From Phycisphaerales bacterium (GTDB lineage Bacteria; Planctomycetota; Phycisphaerae; Phycisphaerales; UBA1924), in assembly GCA_020427745.1 (NCBI GenBank), contig JAGQOC010000076.1, positions 1 through 55,844 of the forward strand: a stretch of DNA of 55,844 nt. Reading direction: 5' to 3'. Below are positions 1 to 7,554 of this stretch, piece by piece. Numbering within the stretch: position 1 is the stretch's first letter; each line of letters opens with the position of its first letter. The notes under the pieces were generated by a model that was given only the letters and a program-made list of their open reading frames with translations, was not told the origin of the DNA and searched no databases. Both the position numbers and the translations under genes were made by a program.

Positions 1-2
1 TG

Positions 3-920
3 CTCACCAAGAGCACGCAGGCACCGGACGAGGACACACCGTGCGATCTCGAAGCCGAGATGCGCACCAACCCGGCGGCGGGCGGGATGGTGCAGGCCGC
101 CGCGGCGACGATGTTCGAGAAATCCGACCGCGAGCTGGCGTCCACACTGAGCACCATCCGCCGCCACCTCAACTGGCTGCAGTACCCCGCGATGCGGCGT
201 TCGGTCGAGCAGGGGACGGGGGATCTCGGCTCGATCCAGACCACACCGACATCGCTGTATGTCTCGCTTCCGGTGCGTCACATGAGCACCTGCGCGGGCT
301 GGCAGCGAATGGTCCTCAACTGCCTGCTGGCGTCGTTCGAGTCCGGCGAGGCACGCCGTGCACACCAGCTCCAGACAGGGGGTCACCGAACGCTGATCGT
401 CATCGATGAGATGCCTGCGCTCGGGTACATGCGTTCACTGGAGATCGCCGCCGGTCAGATCGCGGGCTTGGGCGCGAAACTTTACTTCTGCTGCCAGGAC
501 CTCAGTCAGCTCAAGGCCATCAACCCCAATAGCTACGAGACCTTCCTCGCCAACAGCGGCACACTCACCTTCTTCTCCCCGCAGGACACCACGACCCTCG
601 AATGGATCCAGCGCCGCCTCGGCGACACCACCATCGTCCAGCACAGCCAGAGCGAGGGGAGCCTGCGGTCGCTTGTGGAGGACGGGAGTTCCGGACGCAG
701 CGCGAGCTCGGGCACACACCCGCTGATGACCGGCGCAGAGGCCGCCCGTGTGCTCCGCCGCGAGGACCCGCTGATGCGTCAGCTCGTCATCTCTGCACGG
801 CACGGGCCGATGCTGATGCAGCGTGTGAACTACTACGAGCACCCCGCGTTCAAGGACAAGCTCGAAGCCGCGCGAGACGCCGCGATCAATGCCAACGCCA
901 AGCAGGGGGGTGCGTCATGA
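3..920 (+). CDS. Type IV secretion coupling protein (TraG/TraD/VirD4 family), C-terminal part; the 5' end lies left of the window
   Basis: The frame is open from nt 3 with no stop. Motifs TLIVIDEMPALG (Walker B-like) and KLYFCCQDLSQLK are typical of T4CP ATPases. The neighbourhood is conjugation genes. Confidence 0.75.
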   Translation, partial: LTKSTQAPDEDTPCDLEAEMRTNPAAGGMVQAAAATMFEKSDRELASTLSTIRRHLNWLQYPAMRRSVEQGTGDLGSIQTTPTSLYVSLPVRHMSTCAGWQRMVLNCLLASFESGEARRAHQLQTGGHRTLIVIDEMPALGYMRSLEIAAGQIAGLGAKLYFCCQDLSQLKAINPNSYETFLANSGTLTFFSPQDTTTLEWIQRRLGDTTIVQHSQSEGSLRSLVEDGSSGRSASSGTHPLMTGAEAARVLRREDPLMRQLVISARHGPMLMQRVNYYEHPAFKDKLEAARDAAINANAKQGGAS

Positions 921-1681
921 CCACCCGCCTCACCAACCGATGGCCCCGCATCAAATCCCGCAAGAACGGCACCCGGATCGTCAAGGGCTGGTACACGGTG
1001 CAGTGGCGCTACGCGCTTGTGCACAAAGCCGCCGGGATTATCCTCCGTTTCATCGGCGGGCTGGTCCTCCTGATGGCGTACTCCCCATTGATGGGCATCG
1101 TGTTCGGCTTCATCCCCGAGGGCACCGTCTGGTACCTGATCGCCAGCGAGCTCGCCCAGCTGCGCCAGTGGCCACTGGTCAGGCTGCACGAGGTGTTCCC
1201 CGAATATACCGAGCATCTGTGGCTCGACCCATACCGCCCGCTCAACTGGGGGTACCTCCTCGTAGGCTTCATCATGTACCGGATGACCGGCATGCTCTCG
1301 GGTCCGCTCGCGCACGCGATCGGGCTGCTTCTCCCGCCGCTGATCAAACGCCGGATCAAGGTCCGTATCAATGACCGGTGTGTGCGGTTCTGGCTCACGG
1401 GCATCCCGCGTCGGTTTGTCCGCCAGCCAGGCGTCGTCGTGCAGTTCCTGTGCGAGCAGGAGCAGAACCACCTCAACCAACCCCCGGACAAGCAGCCATC
1501 GTTTGTCACCGTGATGCGGTACGGGCACCGCCGCATCGTCCTCGCCGCGAGCATGCACCAACAGGACGCGTCGCGGCTCGCACGCGGGCTCAGCCACGCG
1601 CGTGATCTCGCCGACGGCGTGCACGCGCAGCCGGGTCAGGGCGGGATGCCGCACGACTTCGTGGTGCCGATGGGTTTCTAA
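917..1681 (+). CDS. Hypothetical membrane protein, translationally coupled to the T4CP gene
   Basis: ATGA start/stop overlap at 917-920. Long hydrophobic segments (GIILRFIGGLVLLMAYSPLMGIVFGFI and WGYLLVGFIMYRMTGML). The longer 602-start version overlaps the T4CP gene and was not used. Confidence 0.6.
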   Translation: MTTRLTNRWPRIKSRKNGTRIVKGWYTVQWRYALVHKAAGIILRFIGGLVLLMAYSPLMGIVFGFIPEGTVWYLIASELAQLRQWPLVRLHEVFPEYTEHLWLDPYRPLNWGYLLVGFIMYRMTGMLSGPLAHAIGLLLPPLIKRRIKVRINDRCVRFWLTGIPRRFVRQPGVVVQFLCEQEQNHLNQPPDKQPSFVTVMRYGHRRIVLAASMHQQDASRLARGLSHARDLADGVHAQPGQGGMPHDFVVPMGF

Positions 1682-1705
1682 TCACCCCGGGAAGGAGCGA
1701 ACGCA

Positions 1706-2023
1706 ATGGACGACACCACGGACAACCGCACCAACAGCGACAAGCCCCCGAAGCAGAGTTTCCACGACCGGAAGATCGCCGAGCTCGAGGCTCGCAAGCG
1801 TCTGGCACCGCCGCAACCATCCCCCCCGCGGCCAATCGGTGCGCCACCACCGAGCAAGCAGCTCAACGCCGAGGACCGCGCGGTGAACGAAGCCCTCGAC
1901 AGGCTGATCGGGCTCTGGAAGAAGGAGAAAGAGAAGGTTCAGGGCCGTGAAGGCCAGCTCCAGGAGCACTTCAGGAAAGGGAAGATCAAAGGAAAAGCAA
2001 AGGATGGCTTTGAGCGGTCATGA
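1706..2023 (+). CDS. Small hypothetical protein (Pro-rich centre, Lys-rich tail)
   Basis: GGGAAGGAG Shine-Dalgarno at 1689-1697, 8 nt before the ATG. High-GC codon third positions. No recognisable motif. Confidence 0.5.
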   Translation: MDDTTDNRTNSDKPPKQSFHDRKIAELEARKRLAPPQPSPPRPIGAPPPSKQLNAEDRAVNEALDRLIGLWKKEKEKVQGREGQLQEHFRKGKIKGKAKDGFERS

Positions 2024-2184
2024 CAGGACACACCCACCGATTCATGGGGTGCCGATTGCCATTATAATGACGATTATAAATATATTGTGCAACAACAAAA
2101 TTATCATATTCGGTGCATAACCTGCGTATATCAATATCAGGTATTTTTCATCGTGCGACTACAAATCGAACCGGGGACATCAAT

Positions 2185-3294
2185 ATGAAAAAGAAATCAC
2201 TCATTGCTTACTTCGCTCTGCCTTTATTACTCGGCTGCGCCTCCTCGCCGCAGACTCTTCCGCGAACCACCACAACCTCGTCATCCATAAAGCGGATGAT
2301 CGTTCACGACGATACGCGTGGCGAACGCGTCCTTGTCAATCTCATCACCCCCGCTGAGTGGAACAGCAGATACAAAGACGGGTTGATTGAAAACAAATCC
2401 ATCGTCCTCCCTGACCCGCCCCCGCTCGAACTGGTCAGCAATGATGATGAGTTCCGCTCACTCGATTCGATCGCGGGCGCGGTCATTGGGACCGCGGTCG
2501 ATTTCATTCAGGGCCAGATAAAGAAAGAAGCCGCGAAACACGAACGCCAGTTCCACGGCATGACCTACGCCACTGATTTCTGGGTGGACGCCACCCCGAA
2601 GTATGTCGCATTCGAGATTGTTCGATTCACCGATCAACACCCAGAAGTTCCGGCATCCGGCAACAATGAGCTGCGGCCACTCAAAGATGCCGCCTACCGC
2701 CTGATTTGTGCCTTCCAGTACAGTGAATACGATCCGCGGATCTGCACGATCAAGCCGGTCTATCTGAAGATCAACTCCGCAAAGGCCAAGGTCACGAAGC
2801 AGGGCGGCAAGTACCGGATCGAGAGCAAGGCCGATGTGTTCCTCTCTGGATCATGGATCTCGAGCACAGACGCGTTTGTGACCCAGGACCTCGCGGAGGC
2901 CGGATTCAAACAGGGATCGTACGACCTCGAAAAATCACAAGCAATGTATGCCACTTGGAACTCGTCGAAATCCACATGGTCGGGCGAGGGCGGACTTGAC
3001 AAGCTTACATATGGATACTTCCGCACACCCCCGGTCTCCGGGGACCGCTGGAAGGCGGCGGAGGTCCAGTACAAATCAACACTGAGAGAGATCGGAACAT
3101 CAAACTCTACGGACTCAATCAACAGACGATCCCGTGCGAAAGAACAGCTCATCGCGGCATACTCGGGCGGTGCGTTCAAGCTCTCGGTGGTCGTTACCGA
3201 GACGGACAAAAGCCGGGCCAAGGAAACACTCATCAAAATCGCCGACTACATTGGTGAACAGAAGGAAAGCATCATCAAGGCGGTCGAGAAATGA
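2185..3294 (+). CDS. Lipoprotein of unknown function (369 aa)
   Basis: The internal Met gives MKKKSLIAYFALPLLLGC with a lipobox LLGC. It follows an AT-rich promoter-like stretch at 2040-2180. It lies in a lower-GC block. Confidence 0.65.
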   Translation: MKKKSLIAYFALPLLLGCASSPQTLPRTTTTSSSIKRMIVHDDTRGERVLVNLITPAEWNSRYKDGLIENKSIVLPDPPPLELVSNDDEFRSLDSIAGAVIGTAVDFIQGQIKKEAAKHERQFHGMTYATDFWVDATPKYVAFEIVRFTDQHPEVPASGNNELRPLKDAAYRLICAFQYSEYDPRICTIKPVYLKINSAKAKVTKQGGKYRIESKADVFLSGSWISSTDAFVTQDLAEAGFKQGSYDLEKSQAMYATWNSSKSTWSGEGGLDKLTYGYFRTPPVSGDRWKAAEVQYKSTLREIGTSNSTDSINRRSRAKEQLIAAYSGGAFKLSVVVTETDKSRAKETLIKIADYIGEQKESIIKAVEK

Positions 3295-4307
3295 GAACCC
3301 TCGGCGTCAAACTACTCATCACCGCCCTTATGCTGGGAGCCTGCTCGCAGAACGCATCGCCCCCCCACCAGGCGGCATATGAAGAATCCGGTGAAACCGG
3401 GGAAAGCAACTCCAGGGCAGCCGCGATCAGGTCCATCCTGCGGCGGAAGGAGGCTGATCGCAGAGGTTCTCGAAACGAATCTGCCGACGACAGTCTCATT
3501 CGTTCCATCCCGATCGATCCACAGATCGAGTTCCTGCTGCACGACCAGGTCTTTGTGGACAATGTGTGGCAAGAACTGAGACGATTCGATGCTGATCCAC
3601 ACTCAATCGGCCCGGAAGTGTTTCAGGGCATCCCTGTGCCGACAGGCTTCGAGCACTGCGTGGCTGTGGGCTGTGATAAACGCTGGCATTGCTCGGGGGT
3701 GCTGATCGCATCGAACGCTGTGCTGACCGCGTCGCATTGCTTCTGCGGTGGGCAGAATGGAGCATGCGGACCGATCCGAGTCGCCTTCGGGGCGGATATT
3801 TATAGTCCGGACGAGACCGTCGGAGTGATCGGTGACCCGATCGCGTACTCGGACTGCGACGGACTGCCAAGTACCGAACATGATCTCTGTATCTTGATAC
3901 TTGAGCGAGATGTGGACTTTCGACCCGCTCGTCTCGATCGGAACTCCCGTGTGGATCAAGAAAGCTCGCTCCGGGTTGCGGGATTCGGGCTCGATGAGAA
4001 AGGTGTAGCCGGTATCAAACTGATGGCGGCGGTTTATATTGCATCATCCGATTGTAACTCGGCAGAATCATCGGGGAGATACTGCTGCCACGCGCCATAT
4101 GAGCTTGTTGCCGGCGGCCCATTGCTTCAGGACACATGTAGCGGCGACTCCGGCGGTCCTGCGTACCTCAGCAGCGATACTTCAACGGTCGCTGCGATTA
4201 CATCACGACCCATCTGTGGTGATGCACAATGTGGCAATGGCGGCGTGTATGTCCGCGTGGACCGCCATATCGATTGGATCATGAGCATCCCGGGCATCAA
4301 CTGGTGA
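3291..4307 (+). CDS. Lipoprotein-anchored trypsin-like serine protease (S1 family)
   Basis: Lipobox MLGAC. Catalytic contexts VLTASHCF (His), HDLCILIL (Asp) and CSGDSGGPAY (Ser). ATGA overlap with the upstream lipoprotein gene. Confidence 0.8.
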   Translation: MRTLGVKLLITALMLGACSQNASPPHQAAYEESGETGESNSRAAAIRSILRRKEADRRGSRNESADDSLIRSIPIDPQIEFLLHDQVFVDNVWQELRRFDADPHSIGPEVFQGIPVPTGFEHCVAVGCDKRWHCSGVLIASNAVLTASHCFCGGQNGACGPIRVAFGADIYSPDETVGVIGDPIAYSDCDGLPSTEHDLCILILERDVDFRPARLDRNSRVDQESSLRVAGFGLDEKGVAGIKLMAAVYIASSDCNSAESSGRYCCHAPYELVAGGPLLQDTCSGDSGGPAYLSSDTSTVAAITSRPICGDAQCGNGGVYVRVDRHIDWIMSIPGINW

Positions 4308-4381
4308 CCGTGAGGGGCCGCGGGCAGTTTGGCGTCATCGCTGTAACTTGCGCAAATTCGCTGGGTGTGCCATACTGAAGA

Positions 4382-4777
4382 ATGACCTCTTCTCTGTTTG
4401 ACCCGGACCGGCTGCCCAGCAGCCTCCAGACCCGCACGATTGTGCTCCCCGACCGGCAGCGTGCCCTCGTGGAAATGACCGCGGAGGCGTGGAATGCGTT
4501 CGATGACATCGTTGCCCGGGAACACTTCTGCGCAGAAGACCTGATCGAGTACGCCTTCGAGCGTGCCGGGGAGCATCCGAACAAACCGCCGGGCGATCTG
4601 CTCGAAGAAGCCGTGCTGCGGACGCAGCAACGATTACGGCTCGACCGCGAGAGCCTCAGCGAGTTCAACCGGTTCTGCGCCCGGCAGTCGAACACCGAAG
4701 AAGGCTTGAGAGCGATCTCGGCCGAGGCCGAGCGGCTCCGAATAGCCGTCCATGAACGACGCCGCAGACTGGGGTAG
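4382..4777 (+). CDS. Hypothetical protein, possibly a ribbon-helix-helix (RHH_4-like) DNA-binding protein
   Basis: The segment RTIVLPDRQRALVEMTAEAWNAFDDIVAREHFCAEDLIEYAFER resembles the RHH_4 pattern (strand, then a W-containing helix). Recalled from memory, not searched. Confidence 0.4.
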   Translation: MTSSLFDPDRLPSSLQTRTIVLPDRQRALVEMTAEAWNAFDDIVAREHFCAEDLIEYAFERAGEHPNKPPGDLLEEAVLRTQQRLRLDRESLSEFNRFCARQSNTEEGLRAISAEAERLRIAVHERRRRLG

Positions 4778-4833
4778 GAATAGTCAAACCCCGCACCTGG
4801 AAAAATTTAACTCGCTCGTCCGAAATGTAAAGA

Positions 4834-4865
4834 GACCCCGTTCTCCTTCGAGAACGGGGTCGTTT
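4834..4865. terminator. Bidirectional intrinsic terminator-like hairpin between convergent genes
   Basis: Perfect 12-bp stem GACCCCGTTCTC / GAGAACGGGGTC with loop CTTC. T-rich on the minus-strand side (TCTTTACATTT) and GTTTG on the plus side. Confidence 0.6.
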
Positions 4866-4867
4866 GA

Positions 4868-5659
4868 TCAATCGAGATCCCAAGTCCGAGTGATAAGATC
4901 AAGGTCGCCACGGGCTTCACGAGCAAGCACCAATTCAACAAACACCTCGAACAGTGATGAGTCGTCGGGCGGGACATCAAGGTGGAACTCGGCCTCGAGA
5001 ATCTCAACGCCTTCGGCACCATCCTTCCGACGAATCACATCGCAGTATCCGATGTTGATGCCAACTAACCGAGCGGTGTCAGCCGTAACGATCAAATCCT
5101 CTTCAAGACCAACGGAAACAACGAATTGTTTCCGTGTGCTCGAGGTGGGTCGGGCGAGATCACGAACCTCGATACGCGGGATCGGATCGCTGTACAGCGG
5201 CCGACTGCTCGCGTCTGCGATATTGGCCCCTACCTCATGCTCGAAGCCCGTGATGACAACAGCACCGTAGAAGTGATCCTCGGTCGCCACCGCCCGCAAG
5301 CTCTCGATGGTCGTGCCGTACCGGACGCCTTGGCGGAGCATCTGACCGACCAAACCGGCGGCATCTTTGTCGCGGTGCGCAAAGAGACGAGCACGCGACT
5401 GGAAGCCGATCCCAGTTTTTTCCACGAGAAACTGAGAGTCAATCGCATTTTTGCACAATGGGGTCTCGGAATCAAAGCGGTTCATGAACCCCAACCGCCC
5501 GCCCAAGGTTGTTTCCGCCGCCTGATTGTCAATAACTGTTTTCACCTGCTCCATCGCTGGTCCTTTCTTCATCGCGGCCACCGTGTTCGTGATGACATCC
5601 ACGGTTTTGACCGATGCGCGATCAGTAGAGAAACTTTTATTGTTCAGCTTCGTATACAT
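4868..5659 (-). CDS. Hypothetical protein (263 aa), no recognised domain
   Basis: Clean ORF in the low-GC cargo block. It has a mixed beta-rich core and an acidic helical C-terminus (SSLFEVFVELVLAREARGDLDL). Divergent from the sigma-like gene. Confidence 0.6.
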   Translation of the reverse strand: MYTKLNNKSFSTDRASVKTVDVITNTVAAMKKGPAMEQVKTVIDNQAAETTLGGRLGFMNRFDSETPLCKNAIDSQFLVEKTGIGFQSRARLFAHRDKDAAGLVGQMLRQGVRYGTTIESLRAVATEDHFYGAVVITGFEHEVGANIADASSRPLYSDPIPRIEVRDLARPTSSTRKQFVVSVGLEEDLIVTADTARLVGINIGYCDVIRRKDGAEGVEILEAEFHLDVPPDDSSLFEVFVELVLAREARGDLDLITRTWDLD

Positions 5660-5809
5660 ACTCGGTGTCTAGGTCTCTCAGTCTCTCGCAGAAAATCTTT
5701 GGGTTGGATGGCGCATCGGCGCAAATGAGAGATGTCCTTGGGGGTCTGCCTATCGGGACGAATGTCATTCGTGTTCATCGTTTGCCCCGAGCAATACAAG
5801 GAGGTCGTC

Positions 5810-6361
5810 GTGGCTTCGTTCGAAGATCGTGGACAACACTTATTAAAACTGTCAATGCGGATGCTGCGGAATCGCCATGTCAAATTCCATGACGCGGAGG
5901 ATATCGCTGTTTGTTCAGTATGTGCTTTGCTGCTAAACGAGAACTACATAGGCAAGGAGTACATTGAAGCGAGAAAAATCCTCAGCGGCATTATCCGAAA
6001 CAAGTACGCAGACTATTGCGAAAAAACAAAAACGAATAGCGAACGCATACCAACTGTCCCTGAAATGTTCGACCACGATGTGACCACAACAGATTCGATG
6101 GATGAGATTGTTCTCAATCACGATGAAGTTCGCTCAGACATGATCCAGTTTGTGACACGGAACTACCCCGGATGGGAGCGTACTGTCGAGATCTATGCGG
6201 ATGGTCTCGTAAATGGTCGGACTACAGAGAATGCGAAAGGTTGGGAGAACTCGATGCGTCAATGGTTCCGGGAACACGACGAAAATCCGACACGGGTACC
6301 GAAGGCTCAAAAAATCTTCGAAGAATGGCTGAAGGACTACGGCAGAAGGCACTTCGACTAA
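5810..6361 (+). CDS. Divergent ECF-type sigma-70-like factor (183 aa from the GTG start)
   Basis: AAGGAGG at 5798-5804, 5 nt before GTG 5810. Region-2-like LLKLSMRMLRNRHVKFHDAEDIAVCSVCALL and ARKILSGIIRNKYADYCEK. The C-terminal region-4-like part is weak. Confidence 0.45.
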   Translation: MASFEDRGQHLLKLSMRMLRNRHVKFHDAEDIAVCSVCALLLNENYIGKEYIEARKILSGIIRNKYADYCEKTKTNSERIPTVPEMFDHDVTTTDSMDEIVLNHDEVRSDMIQFVTRNYPGWERTVEIYADGLVNGRTTENAKGWENSMRQWFREHDENPTRVPKAQKIFEEWLKDYGRRHFD

Positions 6362-6384
6362 ACATCCAGCTCAATCCAACAACT

Positions 6385-6425
6385 CCTTGCGCAACTTCTG
6401 CTTGCGCAAGGGGTTTGTTTGTGTT
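6385..6425 (+). terminator. Intrinsic terminator downstream of the sigma-like gene
   Basis: 10-bp stem CCTTGCGCAA / TTGCGCAAGG with a 7-nt loop, followed by GGTTTGTTTGTGTT. Confidence 0.65.
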
Positions 6426-6492
6426 ATCAGGGAACTGCCTTCAATCAATGTGGAGGTCCGGATGATGTCTCTCTATAGACACGCCCGATTTC

Positions 6493-6759
6493 ATGTATAT
6501 AACGAGGGCAATGACTGTGGACCAAGGTACTGATTTAGATCGCGCTGTCGAACGGATTGTTGACGCACTCGGACGATCACCGAGCAAAAGCACTCTTCAT
6601 CGCGCACTCATTAATGAGGCGATGCGGAACCGCGATGAGACATTCCTCAGACAACTTTCTCGAGTCGAATACGCTTGCCGCTCGTTGCTCGAAGGCGGTG
6701 ACCCAATCAATCGCTCTAAAATTATGGACAAAACGGAAGACGCACCGGAGCCAACATAG
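6493..6759 (+). CDS. Small HTH-like protein, paralog A (the start may be the second ATG at 6511)
   Basis: Aligns with the minus-strand 67-aa ORF: DLDRAVERIVDALGRSPSKSTLHRALINEAM...RVEYACRSLLEGG versus DRLNKSIERLHEAVKTDPSKKSLMLAMIREM...RVSYALESLLRGK. SKSTLHRAL resembles an HTH recognition helix. Confidence 0.55.
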   Translation: MYITRAMTVDQGTDLDRAVERIVDALGRSPSKSTLHRALINEAMRNRDETFLRQLSRVEYACRSLLEGGDPINRSKIMDKTEDAPEPT

Positions 6760-6815
6760 CTCCAGTGCGTCGTTCCTTGCCGCGCTCGCCATTTCTTCAC
6801 ATGTCCAACTCTATT

Positions 6816-7019
6816 TCACTGGGCCTCCTTGCCTCTCAGCAGGCTTTCGAGTGCGTAACTCACTCGCCGGATAGGCTTAACAAGATCCTTGTTTTCTGAC
6901 ATCTCCCGGATCATTGCGAGCATGAGTGATTTCTTGCTTGGGTCTGTTTTAACGGCTTCGTGGAGCCGTTCGATCGACTTGTTTAGCCGATCGTGCTTGG
7001 AACTACCGACTGCACACAA
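6816..7019 (-). CDS. Small HTH-like protein, paralog B
   Basis: Paralogous to 6493..6759 (see that entry). Convergent orientation. The start overlaps the 3' end of the Val-rich ORF by 37 nt. Confidence 0.5.
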   Translation of the reverse strand: MCAVGSSKHDRLNKSIERLHEAVKTDPSKKSLMLAMIREMSENKDLVKPIRRVSYALESLLRGKEAQ

Positions 7020-7312
7020 CCTTTCTCGGCATTGCCCGAAACCGTTTCTTCCTGGACGACCTCGACTGTGACAGCAGAGTCAACAACGGAAACGACACGA
7101 ACATTAACGCTTACATCGCCAACAACGAGGTTTACGACGGAGCCAACGACGACATTCTCAACAACGGATGCATCGACGACGGAGACAACCGTTTCGTTGA
7201 CGACAACGGATTCAACGATACCACGGTAAGCATTGGGAACAACTGAAACGACAACCGGGTCGCCAACGCTGCCGAGTGCAGAAACAACGGTGATTTGTGC
7301 TGATTTTCGCAT
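6983..7312 (-). CDS. Val-rich periodic repeat protein (109 aa), possibly a beta-solenoid
   Basis: AGGAGA Shine-Dalgarno 7 nt upstream of the ATG at 7312. Repeating VVxxVV blocks separated by short D/N/E/G turns (VVVSVV, VESVVV, VVSVV, VVENVVV, VVNLVV, VVSVV, VTVEVV). Confidence 0.5.
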   Translation of the reverse strand: MRKSAQITVVSALGSVGDPVVVSVVPNAYRGIVESVVVNETVVSVVDASVVENVVVGSVVNLVVGDVSVNVRVVSVVDSAVTVEVVQEETVSGNAEKGCVQSVVPSTIG

Positions 7313-7554
7313 TTGAATTCTCCTAGTCTAAAGGACTTGTGTGACTTGCGAGTGCTGACGAGCCAACAATGACTCGTTCCTACACCCTGACATCTCTGCA
7401 AAGCGTGTATGCGCCATCCAAATCACAAAAATTTTTCGCGGTCACCGCCGACTGTTCTGCTATTCGCACCGAGTGTCAATGACGGGATGCGGAGGATCTA
7501 GGTGAAAACCAAGCGCCTGTGTGTAATCGCCTACGAACGCCGCCGCCGGCTGTA

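Noticed and set aside
833-1654. Long antisense or out-of-frame ORFs throughout the high-GC parts. Examples: 833..1654 (-), 8712..9890 (+), 36050..37609 (-), 39571..41064 (-), 41978..43099 (+), 45381..46547 (+), 48457..49710 (-), 51723..53327 (-), 53874..55385 (+), 53893..55266 (-).
   Set aside because: They overlap ORFs with clear family motifs. Their translations are Arg/Pro/Gly/Ala-rich with no motifs, which is the typical shadow-ORF pattern of GC-rich DNA.
4868-5659. Bacterial gasdermin plus protease system (the 263-aa protein together with the nearby trypsin-like protease).
   Set aside because: There is no N-terminal Cys and no recognisable gasdermin N-terminal pattern. The genes are on opposite strands, separated by another gene. 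The protease is a lipoprotein without sensor domains.
6993-7229. Plus-strand Thr/Ser-rich ORF antisense to the Val-rich gene.
   Set aside because: It has no Shine-Dalgarno and no plausible promoter context, whereas the minus-strand frame has AGGAGA at the proper spacing. I kept it as an explicit alternative in the finding, since composition alone cannot decide.
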